Shown one piece after another: positions 55,481 through 64,000 of a DNA stretch of 64,000 nt (its first letter is position 1; every line of letters starts with the position of its first letter). The notes below the pieces were generated by a model. That model was not told where the DNA came from. It saw nothing but the letters and a program-made list of their open reading frames with translations, and did no database searches. The DNA comes from Flaccisagitta enflata. Lineage: Eukaryota. The DNA lies in NCBI GenBank assembly GCA_965153355.1, contig OZ231126.1, positions 3,286,001 to 3,350,000 on the forward strand, read 5' to 3'. The position numbers were made by a program, and so were the translations under genes.

Positions 55481-57011
55481 TATCATTTTTGAAAGATTAA
55501 TAGAACGACCTTGGTTTAATATCAAACGGAAATTGTATCATGCTTACTCAAAGCAAAGCCTAATACATCTAATAGCCGTGGTGCCCATTACGTGTGTCAG
55601 AGGGCCGAAATGGGCAAAACTGGCTTTCCCCTGCCGATCATCTGTTTCCTTTGCAAAAATCCTGTCAAACAAGCCCTTGCGCGACTTTCAATTTGATCGA
55701 GAACCATCAAGGTTGAAGTTTGTATTGCATCTGTTTTTCTGTTATGTAAATTTTGTTCCTGCCATATATCTCTATGGAAACTTAACAGTCACCCTAACGA
55801 TGGTTCCCGACTGATTTGATAGTCGTGAGACAGCTAATTTGTAAGCATTTTTGCGAAGGAAAAACATTTTTTTCCAGGGGAAGTTCAATATTGGCTTTTT
55901 CTAGGCACCCTGGCTAACGCAGTGCCCATGACTGCCCATGGTGAATTCTGAGGCCTGCCAATGAAAACAAAATTTGGATGGACGAAAGTCAGTCGTGCCA
56001 AAAAAGGATCACATCTGACAATTTTACACCTTATGCAAAAAAAAAAAAAGCATTTATGTCATCGAATATGAATGGCTATCAACAATGATAAAGAATCTTT
56101 AAGTCCAAAAAGATAAGAACAGGATGAGAACATTTGAGTCTGAAAATGCGCTTAGAAATAAGAACGCTGAGCCTCACTTAAAAAACTTAGTTCTTGTTAA
56201 CGATGTCATTGCAGAGTTGCAACTAACTGTTTTATCCATAACAAATAATGAACCGGTGACCGTTAATAGTATAGAAAGGCTAAACAAGGTACTTAGGGTA
56301 AGGCGAGCTAAGGTAAGATAATGTAGTATTGAAAGGCAGCAAAGGGTATTTAAGGTAAGGTAGGGTAAGGTAGTATTGAAAGGCTGCAAAAAGTATTTGA
56401 GGTAAGGTAAGGTAAGGTAAGGTGAGGTAGTATCGAAAGGCTGCGAAAGGTATTTGAGGTTAGGTAAGGTAAGGTAAAGTAAGGTCAGGTTATTTAGCAT
56501 TGAAAGACTTCAAAGGGTATTTGAGATAAGGTAAGGAAAGGTGCGGCGAGAAGGAAAAAAAGCATTGTTGCGCAATTAGACCAATCCTGTCATTAGCGGA
56601 AATTTAAAGAGGGCTCTCCAACCCGTCCAGGGTTAAAAAAAAGGATCCTGTACAAGCAGAGAAAGATCTTTTAGCTAGGAAACAAAGAGGACAGGGTAAA
56701 GGATTAGTTACGGAGATCGAGAGAATTTGTAATTGATATCTTCAGAATAAGAAGATGTATCATGAACTATTGTGGCGGTAGTACAGTGTTAATGCGGTGG
56801 CAATGAGGTGTAAGTATGGCGGTAATGTGGTGGAAGTGAGGTGTTAGCGTGGTGGCAAGGAGGTGTTAGTAAGGTGATAGTATGGTGGTTGTGTGGTGTT
56901 AATGTGGTGGCAATGAGGTGTCAGTGAGATGACAGTATGGTGGTAATGTGGTGGAGGTGAGGTGTTAGCGTGGTGGCAATGAGGTGTTAGTATGGCAGTA
57001 ATGTGGTAGTA

Positions 57012-57597
57012 CTACCTAGGAAATAAGTTTAGCATCAAGTTCTGTTGAGCATAAATCGCTTTAACATCAACGAAACCATAAAAATTCCATGACTAAAATG
57101 ATCTACATCGAATTATCTTTTAATGTAGACCAACCAGAGATTACTGGCTCAAGCCGTTTAAAAGTTACAGCGGGAAACGTAAAAATCTTCAAATGCGATT
57201 TTGCCAAAAAAAATTGGCAAGTTTATTTACATGTTACTCTGATGTATCGCAGCTTGGAGCCTGGGGACTTCACAGCCAATTCCCAGCACCAAACTCCTCC
57301 CGGATTGGCCTGGCAATTTGCTGGATCTTAATCTGATTGGAAATTTTTGGTCCCAGATGAAGAATATGCAGCGACGGGAACACGCTACTTCAATTGAGGG
57401 CCTGAAAAGAATAGCATTGAAGGTGTGGAGACAAGCCACGCCATCTTACCTAAAAGCCTTGTACAAGAATGCAGGCAGTGATTAGCTGGGAGAGACACCA
57501 TACCAAGTATTGAGAACCGTTTGAATATGTTTTTGTATCATTCTAGGCGATAGATGAACTGACACTCATTTTGATGCTAAACTTATTTCCAAGGTAG
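57012..57597 (+). mobile_element. Internally deleted Tc1-family transposon
   Basis: 27-bp TIRs CTACCTAGGAAATAAGTTTAGCATCAA / TTGATGCTAAACTTATTTCCAAGGTAG (one mismatch); TA duplication at 57010-11 and 57598-99. Confidence 0.92.
57288..57513 (+). pseudogene. C-terminal remnant of a Tc1 transposase
   Basis: WPGNLLDLNLIGNFWSQMK (decayed WPxxSPDLNPIENxW motif)...LKVWRQ...YLKALY, a frame break, then MQAVISWERHHTKY*. Confidence 0.85.
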
Positions 57598-58579
57598 TAT
57601 GGTGATGATGTGGTGGTAGTGAGGTGTTAGCGTGGTGACAATGAGGTGTTAGTGAGGTGACAGTATGGAGGTAGTGTGGTGTAAGTGAGGTGACAGTATG
57701 GAGGAAGTGTGGTGTTAGTGAGGTGTTAGTGATGCGGTAGTGCTGTGATAGTGTGGTGGTAAGGTGGTGTTAGTGTGGTGTTAATGTGGTGTCATGAGGT
57801 GTTAGTGAGATGACAGTAAGGTGACAATGTGGTGGAAGTGAGGTGTTAGCGTGGTGGCAAGGAGGTGTTAGTAAGGTGATAGTATGGTGGTAGTGTGGTT
57901 TTGATTTTTATATGGTGGCCATGAGGTGGTAGTGAGGTAAAAGTATGGTGGTAATGTGGTGTTAGTGTGGTGTTAATGTGGTGGCAAGGATGTGGTAGTG
58001 AGGTGATAGTATGGTGGTAGTGTGGTAGTCGTGGCAGCGGAGCAAAAACTGATTAACGGCTTGATTTCAAGGCTGTTGGGTGATCAGATGCTGTCGATGA
58101 TATTGGTGCTGTTGGTCTTGGCTATTGCGGGGTTGGTCATCGAGAGCCATTAGCCATGAAGTCGTGAAGGCTTAATAAACCATGATGGTATTGAAGAGCG
58201 CTACAGGTTGGTGAACTTTTCTGTTAAAATATTACGATACACGAGACTGATAGAACAAAACTCAAAAATATCAAGACAATTTCTTTGTCATAACCAAGAC
58301 TTCCCGTTCCATTGAAATACTTAAAAATCATTGGAGACTGCTTTTTGGGCAGCGGCCCTAAAGGGCCGATGTCCTGTAGGACACAGGGGGGAATTTCGAG
58401 ACGTCCGTCCGTCCTTCCGTCCTTCTGTCCGTCCTTCCAGCTGGGGCGCGCCCCCCTCCCTTGGCCATCGGAGCCTGATTTTGGCCCTGTGAGCCCTCAA
58501 GTTAGCTCTTTCAGACCTCAATTTAGCCTTCGAGAGCTCAAATCAGCTCTCCAGACCTCATATCTACCCAACCACAAAA

Positions 58580-59030
58580 CATGTCTTGGGGCATAGAGGT
58601 GCAAAACAATTCTCAAACCCTCTGATGCCCTCCTCTTTGGACTGCTAAATGACTCTCTTGAAACCTAGAGACGCAAACCAATTTTTAAGCCCGCTGATGC
58701 CATTCTCATTTGACCACAACCTGTCTTGAAGTACAGAGATAAACAGTAATTCTCAAACCCTCTTATGCCCTTCTCTCATGACTGCTTCCAATGTCTTGTA
58801 GCAAAGAGGCGCAAAGCAATAATCAAGCCTTCTTTTGCCCTTTTCTCATGACTGCTTCCTATGTCTTGTAGCAAAGAGGTAAAAAGCAATAATCAAGCCC
58901 TCTCCTGCCCTTTTCTCATGACTGCTTCCAATGTCTTGTACAGCAAAGAGGCGCAAAACAATAATCAAGCCCACTAATGCTTTTCTCAATTAACCAAGTC
59001 CAATGTCTTGGGGCACACAGACGCAAAGGC
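58580..59030. repeat. About 60-bp tandem repeat inside a HINE-like element
   Basis: ATGTCTTG...AGAGGCGCAAA..AATAATCAAGCCC..TGCCC units repeated about 7 times. Confidence 0.8.
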
Positions 59031-59232
59031 CCAACCCCCCCCCCCAATCTCAAATCACCACGCATCATGTCTTAGCGCATCATGTCTTAGCGCATTTTGT
59101 CTTAGCGCACCATGTCTTAGCGCACACGTATACACAGCAATTCTTGAACCCCCTGTCGCTCTAATATCCACTTTGCGCGCCTTTTAATGCGATAAGATGT
59201 CAAGTAAGTAGAGACCATATGAATGAAGGCAA

Positions 59233-59328
<96 letters not shown>

Positions 59329-59593
59329 AGAGAAAGAGAGAGAGAGAGATACTTTACCTCGAGCTTGGAAAATGCGCAGTTTTATCCAGTGAGACTGAGA
59401 GAGAGAACTTTCATAATAAATCTTTTTTCATTCTTGTTCAGTGAAGTTATGAAAGATCCGCTTATTTTTTGCGTTCATAGATGTAATTCCAAAGTAGATC
59501 ATTCTCTGATTTGGATTAGTATAGTGACGTTATTGTAATGATATCGAGGTATTGAGTAACGATGGTGAAAGAATGGTCAAAGAAACGGTGGTA

Positions 59594-59806
59594 ACAGGGT
59601 GTGCAAAAAAATTTGCATGGGTACTCTAGCTCACAAAACATAAAATTCCTACTTTCAGATGGCCTACTGTAATGAAATTTGAATTGAAGTATCCCTGCGG
59701 TAACTATATACTATGATAAAATGTTCGTAAAACTGAGCCAAGTGGAAGCATGTTTTTTACATCCTGTATGCTTCAGCATCTGTGCAAAAGTTTTTGCACA
59801 CCCTGT
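59594..59806. mobile_element. Short TA-flanked MITE
   Basis: TA|ACAGGGTGTGCAAAAA ... TTTTTGCACACCCTGT|TA. Confidence 0.85.
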
Positions 59807-60105
59807 TAGTGCAATGAGTGCGTATATTCAAATTGGAAGACAGGGCTGAGTTCTTTAGAGAGAAAATAGAAATGGCAGATTTTTGGTCCTTTTGCAAATG
59901 TGAGCAGTTTGGAGGACTATTGGCAATATGGAGTAGAGTACATGTATGTAGATAAACCATAACACAGACACGATGGTTAGCAAAACACGCTCATATAGCT
60001 GTTAGGGCGCATTCTTACCCAAATACAGAATTGGGAAAAAAGGATATATCAACCAAGTCTTTATCCAATCCACATGTAGTGACAAAAAATGACGCTTAGG
60101 GGAAG

Positions 60106-60196
<91 letters not shown>

Positions 60197-60246
60197 GAGA
60201 AAAAAAAGAGGGAGAAAAAGAGAGAAAAGAGAGAGAGAGAGAAGAG

Positions 60247-60338
<92 letters not shown>

Positions 60339-60934
60339 TGCAAATTTGATCAGCCATGAAAAGAGTCGCATTGCTGCCACGGCTTGGGCCGAGAGAGGGA
60401 GAGAGAGAGAGAAAAAAAGGCTAAGAGATAGAGAGAGCGACGTGTAAATTAAAGGCGGAAGAGACAGAGAGAGCAACGAAGCTTTTTGGAGGCAGAATTG
60501 TAGCGTGGTTGCATTGCATTGCTTCTTCCTACACACACAGAAAAACCCTAACCCTAAGCAAGAAAAAGCAGTTAGATAAGGAAGCGGGAAGTGGAGAGGA
60601 GGAGGGGGAGGAGGAGGGGGAGATAAAGAGGAAGAGGGGGAGGAGGAGGACGCGAAAGAAGGAAAAGCAAAAAGAGGGGGAAGGGCGGGAGCAGGAGGAG
60701 GGGGAGGAGGAGGAAGAGGAGAAGGAAAGGTGCGAGAGTATAGAGCCAGAAAGAAGAAGGGAAGAAAAAGAAGAGGGAAAAGAAGAAAGAGAAGGAAAAG
60801 AAGGAAAAGAAGAAAAGGACTGAATTGAAGAAGAAGAAGAAGAAGAAGAAGAAGAAGAAGAAGAAGAAGAAGAATTGAAGAAGATTATCTGCCGCGGCTT
60901 GGTACGGATATGCTGCCATTTTGAAATTCGCACG

Positions 60935-61028
<94 letters not shown>

Positions 61029-61469
61029 TAAAAGGTGTAGGAGCGTGTGTACATATAACGTAGTAAAAAATACCAGAGGATAACGTCTTAAAGAATGAAA
61101 TGGACGTGGAAAGAGAGGAAAGTACTGAAGATCGGAGAGAGTAAAAAAAAGGCCAAAAAAATAAATCTTCGCTTAACCGCTTTTAGCAATTTAATGTCTT
61201 ACTAATAATCTTAAAAACTCCATCGTAAATCATCGCGGATTCAGGCCAGTTTAGACGAAAATGTAAATGATTAAGTAACGTCCCCTAAAATATACTTTTA
61301 AGTATCGGGGAAAAATACATGCAGTTGTGTAATACTTTTTTTTAAAAAAAACGTGTACACGGACAAAAAAAGGAGGGAAGAAGAAATTTTTAAAAAAGAA
61401 AGAGAGGATGGTCGCTTTACGCATACAGAAGGTAGAAAGAGAGAGAGACAGAGATAAGGAGGGTAAAAT

Positions 61470-61648
<179 letters not shown>

Positions 61649-61659
61649 AAAAAAATTCT

Positions 61660-61880
61660 TCTTTGGCGAATGTGGGTTTCGGCGTGTCGGACTTGCAGCG
61701 GCGGAACAGCAGCCGCGGCAGGATTCCTTCTCCGTTGTGACGACATTTTGCTCTGGATCTCTGATTGGCCGAATCCATTGGCCCGCGATCTCTGATTGGG
61801 GCGGGTGGCCGAAGGCGGCAAGCAGCAGCCAATGAAAATGCGTGTCCTTAACCCTATTCGGCCAGCAGTTCATTTAAACC
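61660..61880. promoter_or_regulatory. CpG-rich promoter-like island with four CCAAT boxes and a GC box
   Basis: ATTGG at 61764, 61777 and 61795; CCAAT at 61829; GGGGCGGG at 61798; GATCTCTGATTGG duplicated at 31-bp spacing. Confidence 0.6.
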
Positions 61881-64000
61881 CTGTAACCCTATTTGGGGTC
61901 GGGAAGGGAAAGGAACAGCATTTCTTGGCGCCAAAAAAAGAACTGCCTATCTCAATTTTTAGTCGCGGACAAGCGACTCTACACTTTGCTGTGTTGGCCG
62001 GTAGGTCGGTAGGTCTGTCCGGCGGTCTGTCACATTTTTGAATTCCGAGCGGTTTTTGCACTACTGCTCCTGCCCAACCGTCTGCGACTGGATTGCCGTA
62101 TATCCGGCCTTGTTTAATTTTTTTTTACAATGAAGCAAATGATAGATAACAGGATAATCAATCTCCATTATGCAAATAACATTTATCCTCATTATCAAAT
62201 TATCGGCCATTGAAATGAAGATTGTACTGTTTTCTCTCCCTTTTGGGAATTTAAGGTTCAATCTGAAAAATCAATTCTCAAATGATCAGAATAGGGATGA
62301 GATTGTACCCCCTCAAAATAAATTATATTGAAGATGTAAAATGTGACAAACTAATTGGAAAAAAAAAACTTCAGCGGTATCAAAAACAATGTTTTGTGAA
62401 TTTTGTTTGGTTTGATTAAAAATGGAATAAAGATGAAATAGTTATCCTGGATGATTTGAGCATGGCCATAGATATGGTTACTTTTGTCACATGTGGCAAA
62501 TCGCTCAATTTCCCACTCATAGAGAAATTTCTCCTCCCTCTCCTCCTGCTTTCTCTCCCCCCCCCCCCAGGCCGTGAGATCCATATCCCAGTCTTGAAGC
62601 ACTATCCCAGCCTCAAGACTCCCATTATCAAGGCCCAAATCCCATGCCCAAAGCCCAAATCCCAGCCTTAAGGCCCAAGTCCCAATACCCAGCCTCTAGG
62701 CTCAAATCTCAGCCTCAAAGCCTAATTCCCAGCAACTAGCACAAAATCCAGCCCAAAGACCTAAATCCTAGCCCCAAGGCCCAAACCTCAGCCTCAAAAC
62801 CTAAATCCCTGCCTCAAGTACAAAATCCAGCCCCAAGGCCCAAATCCCAGCACCATGGCCCAACCGCTAGCAGGAGAAGAGATTTCCCCATGTATGATTA
62901 CATAGGTCATTAGCCCCATTGGGGTCACTACCATGCTCTTTCCCTCACCTTCAATTACAACCCACTTAAACAGGGCACAGGTACCGTTGACCATCTAATG
63001 CTTTTGCAACTATTTGACTTGTGCTCATGGATGGACCAACAGACCAATGGATAGATTAAATCATTTTATTTATGTACTATGTAAATTTGAAAAAAAATGG
63101 AGGTCAATAGAGCATTTGGGCAGTAGCAGGTTACAGAATAAACAAGGCTGGATACACAGCTAACCTAGTCGCATGCGGGCGGGTAGGAGCAGTGCTGGAG
63201 AAGGTCAACAGGGCATCTGGGCAGGTGCCGTATGCTCAAAAAGCTCAAAAACGCTGAAAAAGTAAAAAGGGGACCAACCAACCAACCAACCAACCGATGT
63301 ACGGACATGGTATAGAGTCGCGTGGCATGCAACAAAAAGAAGTAAAAGTGGGACAGACCGCCCAAACGACTGACTAAGGCATGGACAGAGGGATGGACAA
63401 AGCAGGGGGTTGTGTTGCGTAGCAAGTGACTAAAAACATGGAAGCCCCTTGTTTCTGTTAGTCGATGTCTTTTTTTTTAGTCGCGTGCACGCAACTCTAC
63501 ACCCCGCTTTGTCCATCCGTCCGTTGGTTGGTTGGTCGGTCGGTCACGCTTTTACTTTTTTTATCAATTTTATTTCTCTAGGTCATTTTGGGTCATTTAA
63601 GAGTTTACTAAGTCATTCTAAGTCATTTTAAGTTATCATAAGTCTAAATGTAAGTCTCGCACGTGACTTACAGGTGTTGGCCTTGTTTTAATTGATTTTG
63701 AAATTCTATAAGAATGATACTTTCCTTATGAGTTTTTTTCATCATTCTGGTTTTCCGATGATTGCAAGATACCCAGATTCTCCCCTTCCCTTTTCCCGTA
63801 ATCCTTCCTTTTCACTCACTACGCAAGCTTAGTTCTAGACTTTTCAGTTAAAAAAAAATTTTCAAAGGTTTTTAGAGTCATTACATCACATTTCCCACTT
63901 TTACATATACTATGGCTCATGTTCACGATCTATATTGTTATGGATTTTGCTACCACTTTGGTCGACGCAAGTTGTATAACATAAGCAGGTTTTCCAAAAC

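Larger units (their letters stand above)
56771..58025. repeat. GT-rich degenerate minisatellite split by a Tc1 insertion
   Basis: GTGAGGTGTTAG / GTGTGGTG units on both sides of 57012-57597. Confidence 0.85.

Noticed and set aside
60543-60557. Telomeric CCCTAA repeat
   Set aside because: Only two units; expected by chance.

Overview
Repeat-dominated, AT-rich eukaryotic DNA, most likely an invertebrate animal (inferred from spliceosomal introns and the transposon types). The only confidently recognisable host gene is exon 1 of cryptochrome DASH (minus strand, 301-404), which runs out of the window. The largest coding feature is a 5'-truncated Penelope-like retroelement of the Naiad type (minus strand, about 33.0-36.8 kb). 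It shows a CxC linker and a complete RT, carries one frameshift and one in-frame TGA, and has a long structured putative 3' UTR. Also present are an internally deleted Tc1 element, many TA-flanked or 8-bp-TSD MITEs and foldback elements, dozens of Helentron/HINE (DINE-1-like) short elements, and very long microsatellites, including about 1 kb of (GA)n. The least explained structure is a composite satellite at 13.3-15.3 kb and 21.4-24.9 kb, built from self-complementary 21-bp units, about 150-bp hairpin units and a GATC-rich 30-bp palindromic array. Several phase-compatible exon pairs with no recognisable homology suggest orphan genes, and CCAAT/GC-box and ETS/TATA clusters mark possible promoters. 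Most ORFs in the supplied track are artefacts of simple repeats.
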